From Candidatus Zhuqueibacterota bacterium (GTDB lineage: Bacteria > Zhuqueibacterota > Zhuqueibacteria > Thermofontimicrobiales > Thermofontimicrobiaceae): DNA of 64,000 nucleotides. Made by a program: the position numbers and the translations under genes. The notes beneath the pieces are model-generated. The model ran no database searches. It was not told the DNA's origin and was given only the letters and a program-made list of their open reading frames with translations. Each line of letters starts with the position of its first letter. Position 1 is the first letter of the stretch. The DNA is taken from contig JBMOPW010000035.1 in the NCBI GenBank assembly GCA_049322915.1, positions 1 through 64,000 on the forward strand, read 5' to 3'. Of the stretch, positions 8,914-19,048 are shown piece by piece.

Positions 8914-10611
8914 TCAACGGTCAGGTGGCATTTGCTTCCGGAAGAAAATGCCATGCTGCCGGCGTCGTTCCCCTGTCTCGCGGACGACTGCAAATTTTTC
9001 CTTTGTCAATGGATCCACCCCGGTGTAAAAAATTATCGATGAAATCGTCATTGGCAGCGGGATGAACGTCTGCACCTGTTCCGGCATGAAACCGAACAGC
9101 GAGTATATTTTTTTCTGCAGGGTCCCCATCTCCCGATGGGTGCTGCCCGGATGGCACGACATCAGGTACGGTAGCAGGTGCTGCTTTTTGCCCAGCGATT
9201 TGTTCTGACTCCGGAATTCGGTGATGAATGCATCCAGGTCGGACAACGGCGTCTTGCGCATGGCGCGAAGCACGGCGGCGTCAGTGTGCTCCGGAGCGAT
9301 CTTCAACTGTCCGCTGACATGCCGCTTCAGGAGTTTATTCAGCAACGAAGCGCCGCGCGGCTCCTTCATGAACAGATCGTACCGGATGCCGGAACCGACG
9401 GTCACCAGTTTCACTCCCGGCACCTCCGAAGCGCGATCCAAAAGCTGGACCCATTTATCAGCAGTGAGGATGAGATTCGGGCAAAGGTCAGGAAACGTGC
9501 AGCTCTCTCTGGGGCAATTCCACTGGATGCGGCAATCGAAGCCGTAATTGTTCGCCGAAGGTCCGCCGATATCGCTGATGTGCCCTTTGAAATCGTCCCC
9601 GGCAGCGATGCGTTCGACTTCCTGCAGGATGGATGTTGCGCTGCGGCTCTGTATTCGTTTGCCCTGATGCAATGTGAGCGTGCAGAAGGAACACCCTGAG
9701 ACGCATCCGCGATGGGAAGTCACCGAGTTTTTGATCATGTCGAACGCCGGAACAGGCTCGCGGTACAGCGGATGGGGCAATCGGGTGAACGGCAGGGCGT
9801 AAATTTCATCGAGCTCCGTTTCGGTCAGTATCGCCGGCGGGTAATGCAGCAGGAAGCGGTTACCGGCCGGCTGAGCCAGAATTTTTCCCTGACTTCGATA
9901 GAACTGGCGGTAAAATTCGATCAGCGGCTCATTGGATTGAAGCACCTCTTCCTCGGCCGGGAGCAGTTTCGCCTGTTCAGGAACCGTCCTGGACATCACG
10001 ACAGTACCCGGTATCCCTTCGAGCGATTCGCCGGCAGCGATGCGCTGAGCGACCATGGTAATCGCCTTCTCCCCCATTCCATGCACCAGTATCGTCGCTT
10101 TGGAATCCTCCAGAATCGAGCGGCGTACCTTGTTGCTCCAAAAATCGAAATGCGCCACGCGACGCATGGACGCTTCAATGCCTCCAATGACCACCGGGAT
10201 GTCGCTGTAAACAGATTTGATGAGATTGCAATAAACGATCACCGCCCGATCCGGCTTGTGTCCTGCCCTGTTGCCGGGAGCGTAGGGATCATCGCTGCGA
10301 AGCCGTTTGAACGCCGTATAGCGCGCGACCATGGAATCGATATTGCCGGAAGTGACGCCAAAAAAGAGCCGCGGCCGTCCGAATGTCCTGACAGAGTCAG
10401 GATTTTTCCAATCCGGCATGGCGATAATTCCCACGCGATAGCCAGCGCGCTCCAATACTCTTCCGATGATCGCCGCGCCAAACGATGGGTGATCCACATA
10501 GGCGTCGCCGGAGACAAGCACAATATCGACTTCATCCCAGCCGCGTTCGGACATCTCCCTCTTTGTCAATGGTAAAAAGCGATGCTTCATGGCATACCCG
10601 CTGTCGTCCAT
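8914..10611 (-). CDS. ygiQ: YgiQ (UPF0313) family radical SAM protein
   Basis: SGDAYVDHPSFG, GNIDSMV, CxxxCxxC (CVSGCSFC), LKIAPEH. Start may be 10590. Confidence 0.92.
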   Translation of the reverse strand: MDDSGYAMKHRFLPLTKREMSERGWDEVDIVLVSGDAYVDHPSFGAAIIGRVLERAGYRVGIIAMPDWKNPDSVRTFGRPRLFFGVTSGNIDSMVARYTAFKRLRSDDPYAPGNRAGHKPDRAVIVYCNLIKSVYSDIPVVIGGIEASMRRVAHFDFWSNKVRRSILEDSKATILVHGMGEKAITMVAQRIAAGESLEGIPGTVVMSRTVPEQAKLLPAEEEVLQSNEPLIEFYRQFYRSQGKILAQPAGNRFLLHYPPAILTETELDEIYALPFTRLPHPLYREPVPAFDMIKNSVTSHRGCVSGCSFCTLTLHQGKRIQSRSATSILQEVERIAAGDDFKGHISDIGGPSANNYGFDCRIQWNCPRESCTFPDLCPNLILTADKWVQLLDRASEVPGVKLVTVGSGIRYDLFMKEPRGASLLNKLLKRHVSGQLKIAPEHTDAAVLRAMRKTPLSDLDAFITEFRSQNKSLGKKQHLLPYLMSCHPGSTHREMGTLQKKIYSLFGFMPEQVQTFIPLPMTISSIIFYTGVDPLTKEKFAVVRETGERRRQHGIFFRKQMPPDR

Positions 10612-10614
10612 ATT

Positions 10615-11640
10615 TCAATCAATGATTAGCACTTTGGCCCCGCGGATTTTCCGCTCTTTCAATTCCAGCAGCGCCGTATTGGCCTGGCGCAGGGGAAACA
10701 CCTGCACTTCCGGCCGAATCGGGATGGCCGCAGCCAATTGCAAAAATTCACTCACATCGCTCCTGGCTACATTGGCCACGCTCTTGATCTCCTTCTCCAT
10801 CCACAGATGCGACGGATAGTCCCAACTCATGAGGGCGTCTTTGTCGACGTCTTCCTTGCGAATGGCATTGATGACCAGCCGGCCGCCGGGGCGCAGGTTT
10901 TTCATGGCGGCGACAATCGGTTTCCACACAGGGGTCGTGTCGATGATGGCATGGAGTTTTTCCGGGGATTCCACCTCGGAGTCGCCGACCCAGGCAGCGC
11001 CCAACTCCTGCGCGAAGGCCCGCTCTTTCCCGCTGCGCGCAAACACAAAGACAGGGGAATTGGGGAATTTATGTTTGACCATCATCAGCACGAGATGGCC
11101 GGACGCGCCGAAACCAGTCAGTCCCAGGAGCTGTCCATCTGTCAAATTCGTCAGGGCCAGCGACCGGTAGCCGATCGCGCCGGCGCACAACAGAGGCGCG
11201 GCATCCACATCGCTGAAATTCGCCGGAATGGGGAAGGCGAATTTCTCAGGGACAGTCATGTATTCGGCGTAGCCGCCGTTGGCGTCGCGACCTGTGGCTT
11301 TGAATTCGGCGCACAGGTTTTCGTTGCCGCTGGTGCAATATTCGCACTCGCCGCACGAGGAGTAGATCCAGGCGACTCCCACCCGATCGCCGCGCCGGAT
11401 GCCGCCCCGGTCGGTCGTTTGTTCAACGATGCCGACGACCTGATGCCCCAAAATCATCGGGAACGTCGGCGGGGGTGTTCTGCCTTCGATCTCGTCCAGT
11501 TCCGTGTGACAAACGCCGCAGGCGCGCACCTTCACCAGCAGCTCGTTTTTCCCGGGAACGGGCTTCGGCGCATCGACCCATTCGAGCGGTTCGCGGGTCT
11601 GTGTCAGATCGCAGATTCGATTCAGCACCATGGCTTTCAT
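10615..11640 (-). CDS. Zinc-dependent alcohol dehydrogenase
   Basis: CGVCHTE, GHQVVG, structural Zn CGECEYC...C, APLLCAG, GFGASG. Confidence 0.93.
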   Translation of the reverse strand: MKAMVLNRICDLTQTREPLEWVDAPKPVPGKNELLVKVRACGVCHTELDEIEGRTPPPTFPMILGHQVVGIVEQTTDRGGIRRGDRVGVAWIYSSCGECEYCTSGNENLCAEFKATGRDANGGYAEYMTVPEKFAFPIPANFSDVDAAPLLCAGAIGYRSLALTNLTDGQLLGLTGFGASGHLVLMMVKHKFPNSPVFVFARSGKERAFAQELGAAWVGDSEVESPEKLHAIIDTTPVWKPIVAAMKNLRPGGRLVINAIRKEDVDKDALMSWDYPSHLWMEKEIKSVANVARSDVSEFLQLAAAIPIRPEVQVFPLRQANTALLELKERKIRGAKVLIID

Positions 11641-11721
11641 GTTCGCGTCATCCTTCTTTGAAAAAAATTATCGCTGAGAAATGATCCCTCGCCGCAGATG
11701 CCCTGGCTCAGGGGGAGCAGG

Positions 11722-12891
11722 CTAAAACTTCTCGCTCAGGTAAATATTCCGATTGAAAGCGAAGAACGAGCCATCCATGTCATCCAGGCTCGCAGTGACA
11801 AGTCCCGCCAGTTGCGCCTGGTCCAGCGAAATCCCGCCGAAAAGCAGGGAGGAGAACAGGTGAAATGGTAAAACGTTTCTCTCCCGGAATGGTTCCTTGA
11901 TGACTTCGGCGCCCTGAATGGTATAGGTTCCGCTGTTCGAGGGAATCACGTCATCGGTGATGGAAAATGTCGTGCGGCCAGTTTCGGCCAACTTCTCCGC
12001 CTTGAGCCTGACCAGTTCCGGGACATTGAGCGGCCGCGCCATCCATGAAAAAGCAGTGTACTGCTCAATCCTCGGTTCGCGGGTGAGCCAGGAGAGGGGC
12101 AGCGCCGGCGGCGGCGTCCATTTGATATCTTTGCATTGATCGCGATGCGTCCAGAGAAAGTGCAGCAGCGCCTGAAACGCCGGCGCATTGTTCCAGGCCA
12201 TGCTGGTGACTTTGAGCCGCACCACGTATTCTCTCTGGGTATTGAAATAAAACTGGATGAATCCCTGGCACACTTCATTTTCATCGTAATAAAGAAATAC
12301 ATTTTCCTTATCGAAACTCAAACTCTGCACAAATTTCTCCACTGTCGGTTTCGGGCGAAGAATGCCGAAATCGAAATTCAGCACCCAGTGGTTGTACACC
12401 TCGAACAGTTCATCCAGTTGCCGGGCCGAAGCATTGAAAGGGACCATCTGTCCCGGAGGCAACTCCGGCGTACGAATGGCATGCGGATCTAACATATAGC
12501 CCACTGTTGGGCCCAACGATCCGTATCCAAATTTCTGATAAAATCCAAACTGGAACGGATAGAGGGCTGAAAACATCGCGCCTCGTTCGTACTCCTCATG
12601 CAGCGTCTGTGATAATAGTTTTCGGATGTGTCGCTGATTCCGGTATTGCGGCGCTGTCACCACGCAGGCAATGCCATTGGAGGGGACGGTTTCGCCAAAT
12701 ATCCGCGAGGTGAATCCTTTGGATAGCAAGGCAGCCGTGAGCCGATCCCCGTCAAATAACCCCACGGCGCGGTCTTCCGATGGCAGCGGAAACATCCGCT
12801 GCGTCCAGCCGGTTTCGTCCTTGAAACAATAATCCATCCACTGCACAAACTGATCGCGCGCATCGCCGCTTTCGATGGGTCGTATTTCCAT
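11722..12891 (-). CDS. Eis-like GNAT acetyltransferase
   Basis: VVTAPQYRNQRH, ALYPFQFGFYQKFGY; about 390 aa. ATG at 12891 follows a GAGAGG RBS. Confidence 0.85.
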   Translation of the reverse strand: MEIRPIESGDARDQFVQWMDYCFKDETGWTQRMFPLPSEDRAVGLFDGDRLTAALLSKGFTSRIFGETVPSNGIACVVTAPQYRNQRHIRKLLSQTLHEEYERGAMFSALYPFQFGFYQKFGYGSLGPTVGYMLDPHAIRTPELPPGQMVPFNASARQLDELFEVYNHWVLNFDFGILRPKPTVEKFVQSLSFDKENVFLYYDENEVCQGFIQFYFNTQREYVVRLKVTSMAWNNAPAFQALLHFLWTHRDQCKDIKWTPPPALPLSWLTREPRIEQYTAFSWMARPLNVPELVRLKAEKLAETGRTTFSITDDVIPSNSGTYTIQGAEVIKEPFRERNVLPFHLFSSLLFGGISLDQAQLAGLVTASLDDMDGSFFAFNRNIYLSEKF

Positions 12892-12935
12892 TTTCGTTAC
12901 CCTCTCATTTTCGTTACGAACAGACGTGTTCACTC

Positions 12936-13081
12936 GTAACCGTTCTTGGGTTCATCGTTCAGGGTTCAAGGTTAATGATAACGTACAGTTGTTGACGGTC
13001 TATTTGAGCATAAAAAATTTTGAGCAACCATTACTAAAATCCTGACCGCGAACGCTGAACCCGGAACCTGTGAACGGCTCC
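12936..13081. mobile_element. MITE with GTAAC-type (IS66-like) ends, heptamer arms and perfect 8-bp target duplication
   Basis: GTAACCGTTC...GAACGGCTCC, with GTTCACTC on both sides (12928-12935 and 13082-13089); inward GGTTCA-type and reverse TGAACC-type 7-mers. Confidence 0.75.
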
Positions 13082-13133
13082 GTTCACTCTTCTGTTTCAT
13101 TGGATCGAATTTTCCGCACGGCGTCCGTCCCGG

Positions 13134-13484
13134 TCAGGGCGGTTGCCCGCATCCGTGATGTGGCGCAGGGCCGCTGTTACTCAATCCGCGCCAGCCAATT
13201 TTTTCCAGATCGATGCGCCCGGTCCTGTCGAATTGAATGCCCTCAGCTTCCAGCAGATGGCGCTGCAGTGCATCCTCTCCCCCATCGCTGCGAAGACTGA
13301 TTTTACCATGTCGGTTGATGACGCGAAACCACGGGACATCGGTTCCCGGTTTCAACGATGCTAGCGCATAACCCACCATCCGCGGCGTGCATCCCGGAAC
13401 CAGTCCGGCTATTTGCCCGTAAGTCGCCACTTTCCCGTATGGAATCTGTCGGATGACGTGGTTAATGCTGTCGTATTTAATCAT
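13134..13484 (-). CDS. Alkyltransferase-like (ATL/YbaZ) MGMT-family protein
   Basis: IPYGKVATYGQIA; VPWFRV has Trp in place of the catalytic Cys of PCHRV; LLEAEGI. Confidence 0.9.
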   Translation of the reverse strand: MIKYDSINHVIRQIPYGKVATYGQIAGLVPGCTPRMVGYALASLKPGTDVPWFRVINRHGKISLRSDGGEDALQRHLLEAEGIQFDRTGRIDLEKIGWRGLSNSGPAPHHGCGQPP

Positions 13485-13560
13485 CGTAACAGCGCTCGGC
13501 CTTACAGTTCGTTCGGGGCAGGGACGTTTTACCCCGACAAAATTTGATGACCTCGTCGGC

Positions 13561-16500
13561 CTAATAATATTCGTCCCAGCTTTTTATCTTCAAATCCGTC
13601 AGCGACGTCCGATACATCGCATCCACGAATCGTTTGGCCAATTGTAAATTGGTAATCAACGGCACATCGAAATCCACGGCCCGCCGCCGGATGAGGTAAT
13701 CATTATCCAGCTCTTCCCTGTCGATGTTCTTCGGGATGTTGATGACCAGATCGATTTTTCCCTCGCTGAGATAGGTCAGGGTGTTGGGCTCGTTTTCCTC
13801 CAGAGGCCAGAACAGGATTTCAGCATCGATGCCATGCTGCGCCATGAAATCTGCGGTGCCGCGCGTCGCGAAAAATCTGAAGCCCATTTCACTCAGCTTT
13901 TTGGTGGCCTCCAGCAGCTCCACTTTGCTATCCAGCGGCCCGGTGGAGAGCAGGATATTTTTCTTCGGCAGCTTGAAACCAACGGACAAAAGGCTTTTCA
14001 GGAACACTTCATTGAAATCATCGCCCAGACACGCCACCTCGCCGGTGGAGACCATCTCCACGCCGAGAACCGGATCCGATCCCTTCAATCGCGTGAACGA
14101 GAACTGCGGCGCCTTGACGCCGACATAATCCAGATCGAACGCGGACCGATCCTGCTGCGGGACCGGCACATTCATGATGAGCCGCGTGGCAATATCGATG
14201 AAATTCAGTTTGAACACTTTGGACACGAACGGGAAGCTGCGCGACGCCCGCAGATTGCATTCGATCACTTTGACGTCGTTGTCCTTGGCGATGAATTGAA
14301 TATTGAACGGCCCGGTGATCTCCAGCGATTTGGCGATCTTGCGCGTGATCTTTTTAATGCGGCGCATGGTTTCCAGATAGGTCCGCTGGGGCGGCAGCAC
14401 AATAGTGGCATCGCCGGAATGCACGCCGGCGTTCTCCACATGCTCGGAGATGGCGTAGCAAACCAGCCGGCCTTTTTCAGCGACGGCATCGATTTCCAGC
14501 TCTTTGGCGTTGGTGATGAATTTGCTGATCACCACAGGATGCTCGCGGCTCACGTCCGACGCCTTTTTCAGATAGTCCTGTAGTTCGAACCGGCTCAGCG
14601 CAATGCTCATCGCCGCGCCGCTCAGCACATAGCTCGGCCGGATGAGCACCGGATAACCGACCTTGTCCGCGAATTTTTCGGCCTCGCCGATGCTGGACAG
14701 CTCTTCCCATTCCGGCTGATCGATATCCTGCATGTCCAGCAGCCGGGAGAATTTATGGCGATCTTCCGCTTTGTCGATGAAATGCGGATGCGTGCCCAAT
14801 ATTTTCACGCGGGCGTTGTGCAGCGGCAATGCCAGTCGATTGGGTATCTGCCCGCCCATGGAAATGATGATGCCCTCCGGCTTCTCCCGCTCGTAAATAT
14901 CCAGCACGCGCTCGAACGACAGTTCCTCAAAATAAAGTTTGTGGCATGTATCGTAATCAGTGCTCACCGTCTCCGGGTTGCAGTTGATCATAATCGTGGT
15001 TTTGCCCAGCGCGTCCAGGGTCGTGATGGAATTGACGCAGCACCAATCGAATTCAACGGACGAACCGATGCTGTACGGCCCGCTGCCGAGAACGATGACT
15101 TTGTCCGATTCGTCGAATGCAATATCATCGCTTTGGCCGTTGTACGTGAGATAGAGGTAATTGGTCTTTGCCGGGTATTCCGCGGCCAGGGTATCGATCT
15201 GTTTGACGACCGGCCGGATGCCCATTTTTTCCCGCAGCGCGCGGACCGCGCTTTCGTCGCTGCCAACGAGGTCGGCGATTTGTTCATCGGAAAAGCCTCT
15301 CTGCTTGGCCTGGCGCAGGCAGTCTCCGGTGAGTTGATCCAGACTCAGGCCTGCCAGTTTCCCCTCCAGGTCGACGATCTTTTTTATCTTGTACAAAAAC
15401 CAGGGATTGACCCCGGTGAGCTGATGAATTTTCTCGACCGAGTCGCCCTGTTTGAGCGCTTCGGCAATGGCGAACATCCGCTTGTCCGTGGGTTCGCTCA
15501 ATTCCTGTTCGATATTGTCGAACCGCATTTCATTGCCCACCAGTCCTTTGGCGCCGACGTTCAACATGCGAATCGATTTTTGCAGGGCTTCCTCGAACGT
15601 GCGGCCAATGGCCATCACTTCGCCGACCGATTTCATCTCCGAGCCGATGTTGAGCCGGACGTTCCGGAATTTCTGCAAATCCCAGCGCGGGTATTTGATG
15701 ACGACATAATCCAGCGCCGGTTCGAAACAGGCGGACGTCTCTTGGGTGACCATGTTCTTCAATTCGGTGAGGCCGTAACCAATCGATAATTTCGACGCAA
15801 TGAACGCCAGCGGGTAGCCGGTGGCTTTGGACGCCAGCGCCGAACTGCGGCTCAACCGCGCATTGACTTCGATGATGCGGTAATCCTCGGATTCCGGATC
15901 AAACGCATATTGAATATTGCACTCCCCGACAATGCCCAGATGCCGGATCGCCTTGATGGCAATGGCTCTGAGCTTGAAATTTTCCGCTGCCGTGAGCGTC
16001 TGCACCGGGGCGACCACAATGCTCTCCCCGGTGTGAATTCCCATGGGATCGATATTTTCCATGGAGCAAACGACGATGCAGTTGTTGTAGCGATCGCGCA
16101 CCACCTCGTATTCCAATTCCTTCCAGCCGGCGAGATATTCTTCCACCAGAATCTGTTTGGTGTATGAAAACGCCTTCTGCGCAATCTCTACCAGCTCCGT
16201 CTCATTCTTCGCCCTGCCAGAACCGAGTCCGCCCAGCGCATAGGCAATGCGGCACATGACCGGGTAGCCGATCTCTTTGGCCACGGCAATGGCCTCTGCC
16301 AGATTGTTCACCGCTTTGCTCACCGGCACCTTCAATTCGGCGCGGGTCATCTCGCGGACAAATAATTCCCGGTCCTCGGTATTGAGTATCGCTTCCACCG
16401 GCGTGCCCAAAATTTTCACGTCATATTTTTTGAACACGCCGCTTTGAGCCAGTTCCACGCCCACATTGAGCGCAGTCTGACCACCGAATCCCAGCAGCAC

Positions 16501-16749
16501 GCCATCCGGCTTTTCTTTCTCGATGATTTTCTCGACGAAATAGGCGTCGATGGGAAGAAAGTAAATTTTATCCGCCAGGTGATCCGACGTCTGAATGGTG
16601 GCGATGTTGGGATTCACCAGCACCGTCTTGATGCCCTCTTCCTTGAGCGCTTTGATGGCCTGACTGCCGGAGTAGTCGAATTCGCCGGCCTGTCCGATTC
16701 GGATCGCACCGGAACCTAACACTAACACTTTTTTAATGGATTTGATCAT
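13561..16749 (-). CDS. carB: Carbamoyl-phosphate synthase large subunit
   Basis: GSGAIRIGQAGEFDYSG, EVNARLSRSSALASKATGYP, NCNPETVSTDYD, C-terminal MGS domain. Confidence 0.98.
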   Translation of the reverse strand: MIKSIKKVLVLGSGAIRIGQAGEFDYSGSQAIKALKEEGIKTVLVNPNIATIQTSDHLADKIYFLPIDAYFVEKIIEKEKPDGVLLGFGGQTALNVGVELAQSGVFKKYDVKILGTPVEAILNTEDRELFVREMTRAELKVPVSKAVNNLAEAIAVAKEIGYPVMCRIAYALGGLGSGRAKNETELVEIAQKAFSYTKQILVEEYLAGWKELEYEVVRDRYNNCIVVCSMENIDPMGIHTGESIVVAPVQTLTAAENFKLRAIAIKAIRHLGIVGECNIQYAFDPESEDYRIIEVNARLSRSSALASKATGYPLAFIASKLSIGYGLTELKNMVTQETSACFEPALDYVVIKYPRWDLQKFRNVRLNIGSEMKSVGEVMAIGRTFEEALQKSIRMLNVGAKGLVGNEMRFDNIEQELSEPTDKRMFAIAEALKQGDSVEKIHQLTGVNPWFLYKIKKIVDLEGKLAGLSLDQLTGDCLRQAKQRGFSDEQIADLVGSDESAVRALREKMGIRPVVKQIDTLAAEYPAKTNYLYLTYNGQSDDIAFDESDKVIVLGSGPYSIGSSVEFDWCCVNSITTLDALGKTTIMINCNPETVSTDYDTCHKLYFEELSFERVLDIYEREKPEGIIISMGGQIPNRLALPLHNARVKILGTHPHFIDKAEDRHKFSRLLDMQDIDQPEWEELSSIGEAEKFADKVGYPVLIRPSYVLSGAAMSIALSRFELQDYLKKASDVSREHPVVISKFITNAKELEIDAVAEKGRLVCYAISEHVENAGVHSGDATIVLPPQRTYLETMRRIKKITRKIAKSLEITGPFNIQFIAKDNDVKVIECNLRASRSFPFVSKVFKLNFIDIATRLIMNVPVPQQDRSAFDLDYVGVKAPQFSFTRLKGSDPVLGVEMVSTGEVACLGDDFNEVFLKSLLSVGFKLPKKNILLSTGPLDSKVELLEATKKLSEMGFRFFATRGTADFMAQHGIDAEILFWPLEENEPNTLTYLSEGKIDLVINIPKNIDREELDNDYLIRRRAVDFDVPLITNLQLAKRFVDAMYRTSLTDLKIKSWDEYY

Positions 16750-17810
16750 TCAATCGCCCTCAAAAACATGTCGAACAGAAACTCAGCGTCGTCCGGCCCG
16801 GGGGATGCTTCCGGATGAAACTGCGTCCCGAAAAACGGTTTGGAAATGTGGATGATGCCTTCGTTGGTGTCGTCGTTGTTGTTGTAAAACCACTCGCGCC
16901 AGTCCTGGGGCAGTGTCTCCGACTCCACGGCATAGCCGTGATTTTGCGATGTGATGTAACAGCGCCGCGTGCCCGATTCCAGGCAGGGTTGATTCTGGCC
17001 GCGATGGCCATATTTCAGCTTGTAGGTATTGGCGCCGGCGGCCAGGGCCAGAATCTGGGAGCCGAGACAAATTCCCAGAATGGGAGTGTTCTTTTTCAGC
17101 GCAGCCCGCACATGCCCGATCGTCGCCGCGCACATTTTTGGATCGCCCGGCCCATTGGACAGAATGACGCCATCGGCCTCTTCCTCCAGAAAATTGTAGT
17201 CCCAGGGGCAACGAATCACGGTGATGTCCCGACTGAGAAACGCGCGGATGATATTATTCTTCACGCCGCAATCGACGATGACAATCCGCTTGCTCCCTTT
17301 TTTGTAAACAATCGGCTCTTTGATGCTCACCTCAGCCACCAGATTTCGCTGGTTGGGATCATCGAAAGCGACGGCGTTGTCCGGCCCGAAGACGATCTTG
17401 CCCAGCATGGTCCCCTGGTCCCGCAATTTCTTCGTCAGCTCCCGCGTATCGATGCGGCACAGGCCGGGAATGTTGTGGGCCTTCAGCCAGTCCGCCAGCG
17501 ATTGTTTCGCGTTCCAGTGAGAATAGCATGCCGAGTAATCCGAGACGATCAGCCCCTCCACCTGAATGCTGTCCGACTCGAAAAATCGCGGGATGGCATC
17601 CTGTGTCTCTTCCCCGGGGACGCCGTAATTGCCGATCAGCGGATAGGTCATCACCAGAATTTGCCCGCGATACGATGCGTCCGTGAGCGTTTCCGGGTAA
17701 CCGACCATGCCGGTATTGAACACCACCTCGCCGGACGATGGCTTTACCGCGCCAAAAGAATCGCCGATGAATTCGGTTCCATCTTCGAGAATTAGTTTCG
17801 CCTGTTGCAC
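16746..17810 (-). CDS. carA: Carbamoyl-phosphate synthase small subunit
   Basis: GEVVFNTGMVGYPE, LSNGPGDP, GICLG, SQNHGYAV, QFHPEASPGP. Confidence 0.98.
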   Translation of the reverse strand: MQQAKLILEDGTEFIGDSFGAVKPSSGEVVFNTGMVGYPETLTDASYRGQILVMTYPLIGNYGVPGEETQDAIPRFFESDSIQVEGLIVSDYSACYSHWNAKQSLADWLKAHNIPGLCRIDTRELTKKLRDQGTMLGKIVFGPDNAVAFDDPNQRNLVAEVSIKEPIVYKKGSKRIVIVDCGVKNNIIRAFLSRDITVIRCPWDYNFLEEEADGVILSNGPGDPKMCAATIGHVRAALKKNTPILGICLGSQILALAAGANTYKLKYGHRGQNQPCLESGTRRCYITSQNHGYAVESETLPQDWREWFYNNNDDTNEGIIHISKPFFGTQFHPEASPGPDDAEFLFDMFLRAIE

Positions 17811-18034
17811 GTGTTGGTCCTGTTTGAAATTAAATTAATCCGTTCACAAAACAGGGATCCCCTGTTTCACATTCACTTCAGAAAAATGAAAGCGCCCAGT
17901 TGCTGGCGTCGCGCGCCGGACTGAAACGTGAGCGCTGCAACGCTGGATCTGAATTTCAGTTCGAATGGGCTGATTGTCGTTCAGAAGTAAAACAACTATC
18001 GATTAATAATCAAGTGAAAAATTTGTCATTAGCG

Positions 18035-18829
18035 TTATTTCAACTGCTGCCCGAAGATGCCGGCGATGAACCATTTTTGAAAAATCAGAAACAGCAGCAC
18101 CGGTGGAATCATGACCAGAATGCCGGACGCGGTGAGTCCGCCCCAGTAGGTGCCCCAGCTTCCCAGAAACGACAGAATACCCTGGGGCAGCACGCGCAGC
18201 GATTGTGAGCTGGTCAGCGCAAAGGCATAGAGATAGTTATTCCAGGAATTGATGAATACAAAAACCGCCACGGCAACGATGCCCGGGCCCAGGGCCGGCA
18301 GCACAATATGGAACAGCGTTCCCAGCCGTGTGCAGCCATCGATGCGGGCCGCCTCTTCGATTTCCACCGGCGTGCCGAGGATGAAATTCCGCATCATCCA
18401 CACGGACAGCGGGATGCTGAATACAACGTTGGCGATGATCACCGCGATTCGCGTGTTGTACAGGGACAATTCCTGAAAATAGGAAATGAGCGGGACCAGG
18501 ATGGCCACCGGCGGCAACAGCGGCAGAATGAGGAGCAGAAATCCCAGTTTGCTTCCGCGGAATTGCAGCCGCGCCAGGGCATAGCCTCCGAGTAGCGCGA
18601 CGAGCACGGTGATTCCGATTGAGCACAACGAAACGACGAGACTGTTGCCGAAGTAATCGAAAAATTCGGAGCGGCACAACAGGGCTTTGTAATGCTCGAG
18701 CGTGAGGCGCGACGGAATGAGGTCGTTGTCGAACCGTCCGGCCAGCGACGTCCGCAATCCCCATAAAAATGGGAAGAGGATGAACACAAAATAGAGCGAG
18801 CAGATGATGCCTGAGAAATATTTTTTCAC
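18035..18829 (-). CDS. Carbohydrate ABC transporter permease (MalG-like)
   Basis: EAA loop IEEAARIDG; six predicted TM segments. Confidence 0.92.
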   Translation of the reverse strand: MKKYFSGIICSLYFVFILFPFLWGLRTSLAGRFDNDLIPSRLTLEHYKALLCRSEFFDYFGNSLVVSLCSIGITVLVALLGGYALARLQFRGSKLGFLLLILPLLPPVAILVPLISYFQELSLYNTRIAVIIANVVFSIPLSVWMMRNFILGTPVEIEEAARIDGCTRLGTLFHIVLPALGPGIVAVAVFVFINSWNNYLYAFALTSSQSLRVLPQGILSFLGSWGTYWGGLTASGILVMIPPVLLFLIFQKWFIAGIFGQQLK

Positions 18830-18854
18830 TGAATAACGCCTCTTAAAATGAATT

Positions 18855-19000
18855 CGTGTTTGTCCGTTGCTGTCATTCCCGTACCACAGGCATTCCCTTC
18901 GGTCACATGTTTTTAGCTGGAATCTCCTTCGAAATATCCAGAGATTCCTGCATAAAGATTACAGGAATGAAGGAAAGATGTTACGGTTCAGACAGACACG
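18855..19000. mobile_element. MITE-like element with CGTGT(T/C)TGTC ends and AATT flanks, carrying a GTCATTCC...GGAATGA REP-like hairpin
   Basis: AATT|CGTGTTTGTCCG ... CAGACAGACACG|AATT, located between the two permease genes. Confidence 0.65.
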
Positions 19001-19048
19001 AATTGGTGTGATGACCGATCCCATTCACGCCGCCCGACACGTTTCAGA

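Noticed and set aside
17900..17930. AGTCCGG on the minus strand resembling a PyrR binding loop upstream of carA
   Set aside because: It lacks the GAGG half of the consensus; too weak to call.
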